64,000 nt of DNA, taken from Utricularia gibba (Eukaryota; Plantae; Magnoliophyta). Of the stretch, positions 52,673-64,000 are shown piece by piece. Each line of letters opens with the position of its first letter. The stretch's first letter is position 1. The stretch spans positions 1,674,001-1,738,000 of the forward strand of contig NEEC01000002.1 of the NCBI GenBank assembly GCA_002189035.1, written 5' to 3'. The position numbers and the translations under genes are program-made. Below the pieces are notes generated by a model that was given only the letters and a program-made list of their open reading frames with translations, was not told the DNA's origin and made no database searches.

Positions 52673-54985
52673 TCAGTGAATGTAGATATCTGGTGGGGCT
52701 TCTTCTGGAACCTGAGGAAATATGAGACAAAACAACATATGAGTGATCAGCTCACAGGTAAAAAAATGACAGCCGCTTCCTGATCAGTTTCCATCCCAGG
52801 CAAAAAATGACTGCAGGCACAAGTTATGAATGTCCAAAGTTTACCTCTCCGGCTTTCCACATTTTTGTCCAAATGCCCTCATCCACATTTTTGTCCAGAC
52901 CTGATGTTATGTTACTGGATTCAAAATGATAGGAAACCAGATGAGAGTGCGTCCCCGTAGAGATGCTTTATGCGACATTGCATGACTTATAGATAATGAG
53001 AAAAGGCACTTCACTGAGTGGCATTAGAATTGGATCGAAACATGATGCAGGAAAAAGTCAAAATTGCAATGATCTTAACTTAAGTTGCAGGTTGATGCTC
53101 GGTTGACTCGGCATGTTGGGCGTGAAGCCATTCTGCATGCCGGATCCATTTCCTAATGTAGATGGGCTGCCAAAAGTTGAGAAGGCGCCTGCAAAAGCAG
53201 TTGCCTCAGCATTACCAGAACTTGGTGGTCCGAATGTGAAACTGGTCTGAACGGGTGTTTGTGGGAATTGGCTACTACCAAAGGCACCTAAAAGAGGCAG
53301 ATAGATGTCAGTCAGAATAAACATGCTAGAGCTAAAATTTGAGGTAAAAATAAACTTGATTTACCAAAAGGTGAACTGTTCGCCACCATACCATGGGATG
53401 CCTGATTATTCGAAAACTGCATTGGTTGTCCCTGATTATTCGAAGACTGAATTGGTTGTCCAAAGGTATACACAGGCGGAGGCCTGAAGATGGAGCAGAT
53501 GGTGAGTAGCAAGTTACCAGAACATGTGAGTGGAACAAAGGCATTTGGACATCATACTGCATGCCTCAAAGTTCATAAAATCTCATACCCTGTATTCAGT
53601 GACTGGCCAAACTGATTGAAACCCAATGTGGGTGTCGATGAACTACTGCTTAGGGTAGGAAAACTTCCACCAAATGATGAAACTGTGTGTGTTCTTTGTT
53701 CAAGGCTCTTAAATTCAGATAGCTTAGAGTTCACGAGACTCCTTTCCCTTTCAATCTGCATAATCAAAGAACAAACGTGTAACTTTTTGTGGATTTGTAT
53801 CACATTAACGCGTAAAATCACCTTACAATGTATTGCAAACTTCTCCCGGTCTTTGCATCATCATATGCTACGGCACGCAGCTCTTCACAGCTTATGTCTC
53901 CAGTAGTATCACAGGGGCCACTGTGCATAACAACGGAATATTATTCTTCAAGTTTCCAAGGGAGATGGAGACATAAGAGCTGCAACTTACTATCTGCAGT
54001 GGCCATAACAACTGAGAATCCATTGGGGCTTCTCATTTTTTAGATCATCCATGATCACGCGTTTACAGAGTTCAGGATCATTACACCTAAATGCAAAGGA
54101 AAGTGATATCATGCAATCCAACATGAGTGGAATACAAAAGAGCATACTCAAAAAACGTTCACTCACTTATGTTCAGCGACCTGAGGTTGATTGCCATACT
54201 GCTTAGTGGTAGAGGAGGTATTGTTACTTAATGATGCCGGGCGAATCCACTTATTCTCGAAAGGCTTATGCGAAAAAAAAAAGAAGAAAAAGAAACCAAG
54301 GCAAAACAACCGAGTTAGATACTTGGACGATTCCAAAAAGCCAGCAGCTAATTTTTAGCATTTGGAAGCAAGTGGGCGAGAAGATGACAGAAACAAGAGT
54401 ATTGTGAACCTTGAAGTTTGTTGTTTCGGATGCGTAATCAGTGCCGCCTCTGGACTGATTATTATTCTGGACACCAAATCCAAAAGGGTTTGGCGTTTGC
54501 TGTTGGTTATTTGAGCCCTGAAATGAGCTTCCATTCTGCATCCCAAATCCAAAGGGGTTATTAGGCTTTGACTGCTGTGGAGCGGCGTGAAGAAATTTGC
54601 AGCGATCGCCATACTGACAACTAAATAAGCCAAACATGGTCAAATAACATTAAAAAACACAAGTATTTTCTAAATGCACAAAGTACCCTGTAAACGTTAC
54701 AGAGAATGAAACACGAGTATTTCAGCCTCCTACAATGTTTAACTACCAACAAATAAAAAGAGAATCTTGAGAAATTAACTTGATAAATCTCCAAGGCCTC
54801 TGTCTCCCTTATCGTAAGAAACAAAACAACGTAAATTGAAGGAACCGGAATCCAACAACAGGTCATAAACAAAATGAGAATAAAAAGAAAATCCCCGAAA
54901 CACACATAACTGATCGTTTAGAGAGGGTTGGGGAAACCCACCTGCCACGCTGAAAATTTCTGCAAAGCTCTTGCCTAGGAGGCAT
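52673..54985 (-). CDS. CCCH zinc-finger FG-repeat nucleoporin (NUP42/CG1-like; C3H16-like)
   Basis: MPPRQELCRNFQRGS|CQYGDRCKFLH (CCCH), NPFGFG repeats, CNDPELCKRVIMDDLKNEKPQW, GDISCEELRAVAY, GIWTKMWKAGE|VPEEAPPDIYIH*. Confidence 0.85.
53401..53460. repeat. 30-bp coding tandem duplication (2 copies, 2 mismatches) in the nucleoporin gene
   Basis: cctgattattcgaaaactgcattggttgtc / cctgattattcgaagactgaattggttgtc; encodes GQPIQSSNNQ-GQPMQFSNNQ on the minus strand. Confidence 0.9.
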
Positions 54986-55821
54986 GACTGATGATTCAAT
55001 CGTTACGGACACCACCAATTCTGGAGGCCATCTTAGATTTCAGCCAAGAAATGGGTTATTCGGGAACTGCGATTTGATTTAGGGTTTAGTACCTGTATCT
55101 GATGAAAAAGAAAAACCCTGCACACAACTTTCAACCAGGTAGCTGGTGATGCAAACAAAAATCCATGATCTACTTGAACTATATATATGGGATTTGAATT
55201 GCTGTGCGCGTGACATGAGATGGGCCTCCAGACGAACTCTTTGGGTTTGGGGTTTTCCATGGGGGACTGTTCTTGTTCCTTGGAACTGGAGATGGGCCGA
55301 TAGCCCATAGAAAAATGTTGATGAAAGATTATTTTATTTTAAACAATTCAAATTACTCATATTTATAAAAGATTTATATAAATTTAATTATAAAATTTAA
55401 TATGAATTATATGATAAATATTCCTCATTTATATTTTTTAAATAATTTAGTAGTGCTTATATTTAATGTTGAATAAATTAAAAAATCATATCTGACCAAT
55501 TCTAAAAACTGAGCCAAGATGGAGCTTCTCCTTTATAATACATATCATGATTGCCCTGTATTGGTTAATGCAGCACACTGCAAAATGGAACTGAAGAATC
55601 ATTTGATGAAGTTCAAAAATGATAATGAAATACTGACTACAAACTTAAACACACAAATTCATGATATTTAACCCAAAGTTGCTACCTCCTCATAACAGGG
55701 GAGCAACACCAGGAACAAGAAGCATGAGCAGAATTCAGCTGCTGTTGTTTTGGTTCACCAGACACAAAGGTTGATGGGCGAATTCTCTGTGGGATTTGGG
55801 ATGATCTCATTGTTCTTCGCT

Positions 55822-56580
55822 CTAGCGTTTGCATGATTTACAGTAGTGATCATTCAATGGAACTCCACAGTTGTAGCAGAAGGTGTGCCCGCACCTGAGA
55901 ATCATTGGTAGCATATCACCAGAGAAGTAAGCAAACAGAGTCTTGTGGTGGGAAGAGTGTTTCCTGCTGAACTCAATTCATGAACAAACACAAGCACTGC
56001 TGAATTGGTAAAAGCCGAACCTGCATTTCATGAACAAGCAACCGTCAGACTTTTCAACATAGAACCGGCATTTAGAACATCTTCTCCATTTCTGCTGCTC
56101 TGCAAGATTCATCAGCAATATATCCTCGTTGCTTCTCTCATCCTTGTTCAGTTTCTGAAACTCTGAACACACAAGGCCTGAATGCCATGGGACTTGGCAT
56201 TGAGCACAGAAAAGCCTATTACAGTAAGGGCATTCAGATTCCAAAACAACCACATTCTCATCAACTAATATCCCTGCACAATCCTTAAAAGGGCAGTACG
56301 TTTTGCCAAGACCCAAAACAAAAGACTCACATAAAAGATCACCCCAGTTATCAAATACTTCTCTGGGCAAAATAAAACGGCATCGCTCGGGCTCTAAAGC
56401 CTCTGAGCAGCCAGGAACAGGGCATGTGATAGTTGCCACTCTGGATTCTAATCTGGAGGAAATGTATCTCACAATGCAACCGACGCAATATAAATGACTG
56501 CAACCCAGTTCTCTGAATAAATCTTCACCGGGTTTTTCATCTACGCAAATATGGCACGTAAAGATTGAATCTTTAGCCAT
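55822..56580 (-). CDS. RBR (RING1-IBR-RING2) E3 ubiquitin ligase, 2 exons; start codon uncertain
   Basis: RING1 CHICVDEK..CSHLYCVGC..CPVPGC, IBR CPFKDC..CPYCNRLFCAQCQVPWH..C, RING2 CSKCRFYVEKSDGCLFMKCR|CGHTFCYNCG; intron 56020-55895. Confidence 0.88.
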
Positions 56581-57006
56581 CCCTGAGTTTGGACTCTGGA
56601 GGTTTCGCTTTCTGTAAAACCCTTTTTCGAAAGCAGTCAACTTGATGATGCACGTTTGCCTTCTAACCGGATCTCAGAGATCTTCACTATTTTCAAAACG
56701 GGAGAGCCCATATGGGAAAACAAAGGGACTCAATTCGAGTTCCCATACTCGGGGAGCGAACAAAAGTTAATCCATGGCTTCATGCCATGCTCCGGATTTT
56801 CTTTCTTTTTTTTGGGCAAGAAGAGATATGGCTAGTTTGTATTTATAAAGGAAACAATAAATTAAACTGCTTAATTTTTAAATGTTAATCCTCTAATGTA
56901 AAACAAATTAGAGAAGCAATGGCACAACTTGGTCATTGAGCGAAGATGACTGCTAAACAAAAGGGCCGAACCGAGTAAAATATTCATGCCAAAAGCAACC
57001 TTGCTT

Positions 57007-58221
57007 CTATACCGACATTGCCATAATATGACGAGCAAGTGCAGGATCTTGTTGCAGAAGCTCTCTCAGATTGCTCTCAACCTCCGCTATCTGCTTTTCC
57101 AAGTACTCCTTCGACGCCTGGTCAGACATGGAAAATGTGTTATCAAGCATGCATAGATATAGTATGTGCCAAGTTAGTATCAAATCATCAGCTTCTATTC
57201 AGCAAGCACAACCCATAGTCTCTATATTAAAAAATTTCTGCTGTTTTAAGTGCCCTGGCCTGTGGTTTTGGTGGACGCTTGGAGATGCTCTAGTGACACA
57301 AGGAAACATTACTTCACACGAAGCGATATAAATGTCCTATCTCCAAAGATCTCAATATTTTCTAACTTCCTAGGTCCGGCCACGCAATACAATCAGAACA
57401 TTCAGATAGTATGCTAGGTTATACAAGCAATTCCGGTATGCCCACACACAAAAGATTCTGGGAATCGACTGAACACCCACAAGAAGAAAGGCTCAAATAT
57501 CCACTAAAATCAAAACGACGAGGAATTTAGCCATTGCTCTATTATCACGACAAATGTCGCATTTGCAGAAGCAAGTGAGGGCAATGAAAACGAAAAAGAA
57601 AAATAGAATGACGTAAGAAAAAAAATCTCACAAGCCCAACGACAAAAATGACTAATGAGCTATATTTTCCAGCACTAATGAACACACCTGCAATGTAGAA
57701 ATAGCAGATTCGCTGTCCTTAAGCTTCTGCTCTTGTTCTTGCATCAAAACTGATTTCGGCTCCAGGACAAAACTGCCCATAAAAACCATTACGAGGGAAA
57801 CAAACTAGCTTCAACTGCAACAACCAAAATGATCTAGAAATACTCGCGAAGAGACGACTCACGTTCTGCCAATAGACTTGTAAGTATTGGTATCGTCAGA
57901 TAACTGCTTCAGCTCCTCTAATGTTAAGTAAGCCCGCTTTTTCTCCCCCTCTTTACCTCGCAGCTGATTCTGAACCTGAATCTCGGAAAAAGAACCCAAC
58001 TTCTCTTACCTATTCCAAAGTTGACAACTGACACATGAATTAAATCTCCAGGATACAAAAAATCGTCACCTGCTTCAATTTTGCGGTGGTTTCTATCATG
58101 CGACTCTGAATTTCGAAAAATGCCTGAAAAAGAACAAAGTAAGTTAGGAGGCCTTCCGAAAGGGTTCTCGTTTGAGTTCCATTTGCAAGTCTCTCACCGT
58201 CCTGCTTGCATCCTCCGCCAT
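57007..58221 (-). CDS. PFD1: Prefoldin subunit 1, 5 exons
   Basis: MAEDASRT|AFFEIQSRMIETTAKLKQ|VQNQLRGKEGEKKRAYLTLEELKQLSDDTNTYKSIGRT|FVLEPKSVLMQEQEQKLKDSESAISTLQ|ASKEYLEKQIAEVESNLRELLQQDP..MSV*. None of these exons appear in the ORF track. Confidence 0.93.
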
Positions 58222-61034
58222 TTTTCTCCTCCCTGATTTATTGCACTGCACTGAACGTTGGCACGTCTAGGGTTCGTGCTCGCATTTTTCAATGATTTTC
58301 CGATCGCTCTCTTTCTCCTACTATTTCTTTTTTTTTTTTAAGTTTTTACAACGTAAGTGGGCCGGGCCTCAACCCTTTTGAAGAATTTGTGTTTTTCTTT
58401 TTTTCTTCAACATGTGAGATCTCTCTCATTTAAGGAAATGGGAAAAATACTTGACAAACATCTAGTACAGAATAAAGAAAAAAAGTGATCAAAATAATCA
58501 CGTAAATCTTATATAATGATTTTTTCCGAAATCATAGAATTTTATTGACAGAAATTTCAAAGGTAAGCATACTTATACTGGAATGAGGAGCATTGAATAA
58601 TTGGTGAATTTTTTAGAAGATAAACTAAAAATAATAAAAATATAAAATCATGTGTAAAATGAATAATATTGTATAAATAATATTTTCTTTTTACTTTTAA
58701 GAAAAGATAGATGTTCATTGTTGAGTAAGAGGAAACAAGGTATCCCATGAATCATATGAATAAGAACATCTTTATTGATTTACGGAAATGATAACGTGGT
58801 TTTCGTTATTGAGTTTTCATAAAGAAATTGAATTTCTTCAAAATGATTTCTACTACATGTAACTCAAAATAAAAATAATTTTTGTAAAAATAAAAATGAT
58901 TTTCGAAAATGAATGTGAACATTTTCGGAAATCAATTTAACAAAATAGGAGGCATCCCCATGCCCCATGAGAATCTGTCTCATCAGAGAGGCCGGCAGAA
59001 TACAAAACAAGACCCGGACAAAGCCGGACCACATCATGACTCACTGCGAAGAGAAGACCCCAATGATTTTTCCTAGGAGAATCTCTGCCTTCATCACGTT
59101 CAAAGAAAAGGAAAACGAAGTTGCCAAGCTAGCAATGGAGATGGAGATTCGACCTGCATCCAGGGCTGTTGAAAACGACATCATGCCCATACAATACAAG
59201 AAGGACAACCAGGAGGGCTGCTGCCCGCTCGAAATATCAATGCCCGCCCATCTTCTCTGCACTGACCATTGAGTCATATATGTATGTATGTATGTGTTCC
59301 AAGAGACAATGTATGGCTCGCCTTCATGTCTGGTGTTGTAACAGGATGTGGAAGAATAGGTGAAAAGGGGGGGAAACGGAATCCCGTGGATGGAGAAAAG
59401 ATGATGAAATCCGCACATGCCTTGACGTTTTCACGCTGGGGAATGAATCTTGGGACCCCATCAAAAGATACGCTCACCCGCCACGCCATTCAACTCCCAT
59501 TTCCATCTCTTGGTCCGAATGGCGACATATCATGTGTTCTCACAACTGATACCCAGCCACCCCCCTCTGCAAACTAAAAATTCAAAACTTTTCTTCGTTC
59601 CGAAAGAACAGATAAAATTGTTAGTAAACACCAACAATTTCACTTTTTATTAAATATGAATAATTTATATTGTAGAATTCCAATGTTTTCAGAATAATTT
59701 TGATTTGGAAATGTTGGAAAGAGGACAAATCTTTATGGAGCTACAATTTTGGAATTTTTTTAACTGGTAAAGAATAATAATTTATGAATGAGTTGTCAGA
59801 TGGGCACAATTTCCGACAGAAATCTACCTGTGTTGAGTGGATAAATGGTCTGCCTAGTCTTTTTCCAATAAATAATTTTAATGCCAAGAAACTAATTTAA
59901 ACATATATTTTATTCCCTTAAAACACAACCTTCGAACTGCTGATAGTTTCAGCAACTTCCACGGCTGTGTGAAAACCGGGAGCGACAGCGCACATGCAGC
60001 TTACCCTACACCAGCAGACGCGGCTCCATCCCATTGGCTGCCTCGCCGACCCAATTTATTGATCCACGTCGCCCAGGGGACACGACGGCCCGCTCGGCAG
60101 GATGCCGCTGGTCCCCGCGCGCTTTTCGTGTTGTACTGTCAGTCAGCAAGGTACAACTCGTTCCCAGTGGACCGCCTCCGCCCCCGCCCCCGCCCCCTCG
60201 CAACACAGTCGCTTCCCTACGCCACGCAAAGTCCATATTTCCGTTGTAAATGGCCGGCCTCGCCTCACGCCGTAGGGGGGAGCATTCAAACACCGTGATA
60301 ACGTCACGCAACCTCCGCTCCTACTCCCGCCCGCTTCCAATAAATAGTATGTATGCACGTAGTTCATGTCATACAATTTCCAAAAATATTCCCAATTTCC
60401 CCGCCTTTAGTGTTGAAATTAATAAATTAAAAATTCGATAGATTAATAAAACGTACGAGAAATTTAACATTAGAAAAAAAATAGATCCAATATATTACTC
60501 GTTATTTACAATCTTCTATATATTTAACTATTTTGTTAAATTGTTTATTATAATATCTAGATGGTAGTTTGTATTTGATATGTTTGTTTATTACTAAGTG
60601 TTAAAGAACTATGTTTGTTTGATGCACATATTCGTGTTTTATAAAACATTTACATAATTTTTTCAATCATGTTTTTCAATACTTTCATTTCATAGTAATT
60701 TTCTTAAATTATATTTGAATTTATTCATATATATATGGAAAAAAATAAACCGGCGGTTTTTATGAAAACAAATGCAAAATAAAATAAAGGGATGGATAGT
60801 TGGGGTGGTGAAATTGAATATGGGCTAATGTTGGGCAAAGGATGAAATTTGGGTAAATTAAATAAGCACGAGGTGGACCCCGGGAGAGAGCTGTTATTCA
60901 TTTGATTGCCATTACATGGGATTTTTAATAATGACCCCACGTCATCAATGCTTATATTTTTTCTGAAAAAAGAAAGAAAAATATTAATGTTGTATTTATG
61001 CAAAAAGTATTTTTGCGAAACTGGGATTAAAAAA

Positions 61035-61058
61035 TATTATTATTATTATTATTATTAT
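61035..61058. repeat. (TAT)8 microsatellite
   Basis: Read directly from the sequence. Confidence 0.95.
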
Positions 61059-61957
61059 CGTGGATAGTAATTGCTCCTGGTAACATCCATGTCAAACTTC
61101 ATCCTCAGCACATTGAATTGCGGAAGTTCAAGTTGTGCCCGAAAGACAGTGAATCGAGCATCCGCATTGTTTGTCATGATTGATGACCCCGAGATCGCTT
61201 CCGATCCCCCTGAAAATTACCCTCCTCTTTTAGAGTAATTCCCCGCTAATGACACTTAACGCCATTAACCAATGTGACTAAACTAGTTTATTTCACTTTG
61301 GGCAACTTCATCGGACGACAGACATCATGGCACGACGTCGTATAAGCACCTTATTTCTCAATCAGACAGTTTTGCTACACTTGCATCACACGCAGTAGCC
61401 AGTAGGGTTTGGGGTTGGTGAAGCTGTTCTTGATAGCATGCATGCGGTTACCCGTATCATCACTCTTAACCTTGGCAGCATGACGTGGATGGCGAGTGCC
61501 AACATGCTCAACTGTGCATGGTTGTAAATAGGTAATAGCATCCCGACATAATTATTCGATTTAATCATGAATTTTTGATTGAATTCTTTCAATCATTTTT
61601 AATTCTACAAAATTATTTAAATAGATTGAAACTATTATTTTATTTAAATATGAATGAGTTGAACTGGATCTGAAATCTGAGTTAAATTCATCAATAGCTG
61701 GTGTATTAACGCGGTTTGGCGTGACTTGATTCATGCACCTTTTTGGGGTCCACCATCACAACATGGGATTCGGGCATCCAACATTTGGACCCATCTTCGC
61801 CTAAATTAAAGTAAAAACAATTATATTAATATTGATGATGAATCTAAATAATTGAAAACTAATTATTTACGTTCATAAATAGAACGTGATGACAAGGCTT
61901 ATTTAGAACACGATTGTTACTAAAACCTAAACTATGATCTTCCTGCACAAAGTTTAT

Positions 61958-62293
61958 GGTCTCGTTTGATGATACGTTTTATTTTAAATGATGCTAAATA
62001 TGGATGACATTAATTTACATTAGCACAAATGATTTGAAAAACACGAAGAAGTATTATTTATCTGATATTTGATAGAAATATTTATAATTGAATTTATATG
62101 TAATATTAGTAAAACACGTATAGTCAATTATTTATTATGTAATTAAAAAGAAAAGATAGTATCGTATTTTATTACGATGGAATTAACTAAATACATCCCA
62201 ATTTATATTTTACTATAAATGAAATGTTAAATAATAAAATTAATGGAATATTTAATACATGATGTAATATACTACTATTGATCAAATGAGGCC
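61958..62293. mobile_element. Tourist-like MITE, 336 bp, with a TAT target-site duplication
   Basis: 13-bp TIRs GGTCTCGTTTGAT / ATCAAATGAGGCC (2 mismatches); TAT at 61955-61957 and 62294-62296; AT-rich interior. Confidence 0.7.
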
Positions 62294-62869
62294 TATATAC
62301 ATCGCAACATTATTTATTATATTGGATTAAATTAGAGAAAAGCGAAACAACTTTATATTTTATTATGTATAGTTGTTTTTTAATTAATGTATGATTATGC
62401 ATAATTAATTAATTAAAATATGTTATAATGATTTTTTTAATTTTTCGAATAAATAAAATGAGAGTGCTGGTAAAATAAACATAAAAGGAAAGGCGGTTGG
62501 CTAGAGCTAGAACGAAAGCAGAGTAATTTGTAGAATGATAAGGTGGTATAAATAGAAAGATTTGCCCGCTGACCGGGGCAGAAGGAAGGGGTAGTGGTGA
62601 TTTGCCCGGGTGCGGTAAAGGGAGACTGTTAAACAAAACAATAATTAATTAAGCATGATTATTTTTGTATTTTAAAATAAATAGAATGAATGCTGACGTG
62701 TATTTACAGTTATATTCTTATTCTCAGTCCAATACAGAGAATGTGAGGAAATGAGATTTAAAAAAAAAAGAAAAAGAAAAAGAAAAGAAAAATGGCATTT
62801 AATAAAAACACAAAATGAAGAAGGAACAACGTCAGAAGCTTTCGGAAGAGAGGAAGAACAGAGGGAGGG

Positions 62870-63431
62870 GGTGGAGAGAGAGAGAGACCTGCAAAAAGGA
62901 GAATTGAGCCTGTAGAAAGGTCTTTCTCCAGAAGGACGAGAATGGAACAGAGAAAGTGAAGCTAGGAAGTAATTGTATGTATATATTGGCGTGTATGTAT
63001 AGATAGAGAGAGAGAGAGATAGAGGTCGTGGGTAGTGTCTGTTTACTGAGTGTTTCTGTGTGTCTGTGGTTGTTTGTAGTGGAGGGAAGGGGGCAATCGA
63101 GAGCAGATTTGTGAAGAGTTGGTCTCTGCATTTCTCAGCATCTTCTGCCCCCTTTTCAGCTCCTCTGTCGGCGATTCCCTGTTCGCCGGAAAATATACTT
63201 CCCCCTCCACGGCGGACGGTTGAGCTCATCATCGTTCTTTTTCTCAATGGCCCAATCCAAGGGTTTCGAGTTTCTGCGCCTATTTTTGCTTGGCTGAGTT
63301 TTCTGGGGCTTTTTACCTTTTGGATTGTGGGTTTTCGTTGATTTCTTGGGGTGGTTCGACATGGGTTTTCCGTGAGGAAAGCTGCCAAGGGGTAGTAAAG
63401 AATTCCAGAACCAGAACCAGAAACGGAGGAG
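62870..63431 (+). promoter_or_regulatory. Putative long 5' leader of the ARF gene with GA repeats and up to four uORFs
   Basis: (GA)n at about 62873-62886 and 63003-63020. uORFs at 62942-62959, 62977-63006, 63247-63297 and 63361-63375. Transcription start is unknown. Confidence 0.55.
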
Positions 63432-64000
63432 ATGAAGGCTCCAAGTGGCGGCGGCAGCGCGGCTGCTTCACGGGCCAACACCTCCGCCGCCTCTGAAGGT
63501 CTCCTTTCCTTTCCTTTCAGATTTGCATGGCAAATTAAACGCACTCCTTTTTTTCCGTTGTCTTGCTTTTCAAAACAATAAAAGAACCATTTGTTTATTG
63601 ATCAGGTGAGGCGAAGAAGAGTATCAACGGCGAGCTATGGCAAGCTTGCGCCGGCCCATTGGTGAATTTACCGGCGGCCGGGTCCCACGTCGTCTACTTT
63701 CCTCAGGGACACAGCGAACAGGTCATGATCTTTCTTGATTTTAAATGAGTAAATACATATGAACCCATTCTCCTCCTTCCTTCGTCTCCTACTTTGGTAT
63801 GCCCACGTCCCTATAGCAGAAATCAGAAGGCAACCAAAGCAAAGTTCTTCTTCTGCTCAAACCCCAAAACACTATACGACGTCGTTTCTTTTCGATCAAC
63901 TCTCTGCATTAACATTTAGTGCATATCTTCCAACATCCCTTTCTGTCAGTGCCTGTCTTCGATGCAATTCCCTTCAATAGTTTGATGGATCCGATCACAT
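63432..64000 (+). CDS. ARF19: Auxin response factor, ARF7/ARF19 (class A) clade; 5' part only (exons 63432-63498 and 63606-63721, window ends in intron 2)
   Basis: MKAPS..SE|[39 protein letters not shown]. The MKAP start and this DNA-binding-domain prefix are typical of ARF7/19; the exact ortholog is uncertain. Confidence 0.85.

Noticed and set aside
59154-59163. ctgcatccag matching the 3' end of miR162
   Set aside because: Only 10 nt match and no fold-back partner is visible.
62672-63544. 290-aa minus-strand ORF
   Set aside because: Antisense to the ARF leader and exon 1, built from GA/CT repeats (SLSLS) and T-rich tracts; no protein-like features.

Overview
Gene-dense plant (eudicot) nuclear DNA with about 22 protein-coding loci in 64 kb, mostly short (70-150 nt) GT-AG introns and AT-rich, MITE-containing spacers. 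The compactness resembles a miniature genome such as Lentibulariaceae, but that is inference only. Gene order: ZFP8/GIS-like C2H2 (-), alpha/beta-hydrolase (-), casein kinase 1 (+), At5g57060-like small membrane protein (+), LYAR-type zinc finger (-), RPS3 (-), CTR9/VIP6 (+), conserved 187-aa unknown protein (-), At1g49290-like protein (-), degenerate OXS3-family gene (-), BAP31-like (+), RING-H2 (-), COG3 (+), SAUR pseudogene (-), KASII (-), JAZ (-), DET1 (+), CCCH/FG nucleoporin (-), RBR E3 ligase (-), prefoldin 1 (-), and the 5' end of an ARF7/19-type gene (+). All calls come from manual splicing and translation plus remembered family motifs; no database was searched. I found no convincing multi-gene novel system. 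The best leads are: (1) an OXS3-like locus the ORF track does not reveal, where two pairs of compensating frameshifts leave a 152-codon spliced ORF; (2) a divergent KASII; (3) an unannotated three-exon locus at 8.1-8.6 kb; (4) uORFs in the ARF leader; (5) three GC-AG introns within 12 kb. Several frameshifts (CTR9, KASII and others) are single missing bases in G/C runs, which suggests long-read consensus errors, so every pseudogene call needs read-level confirmation.
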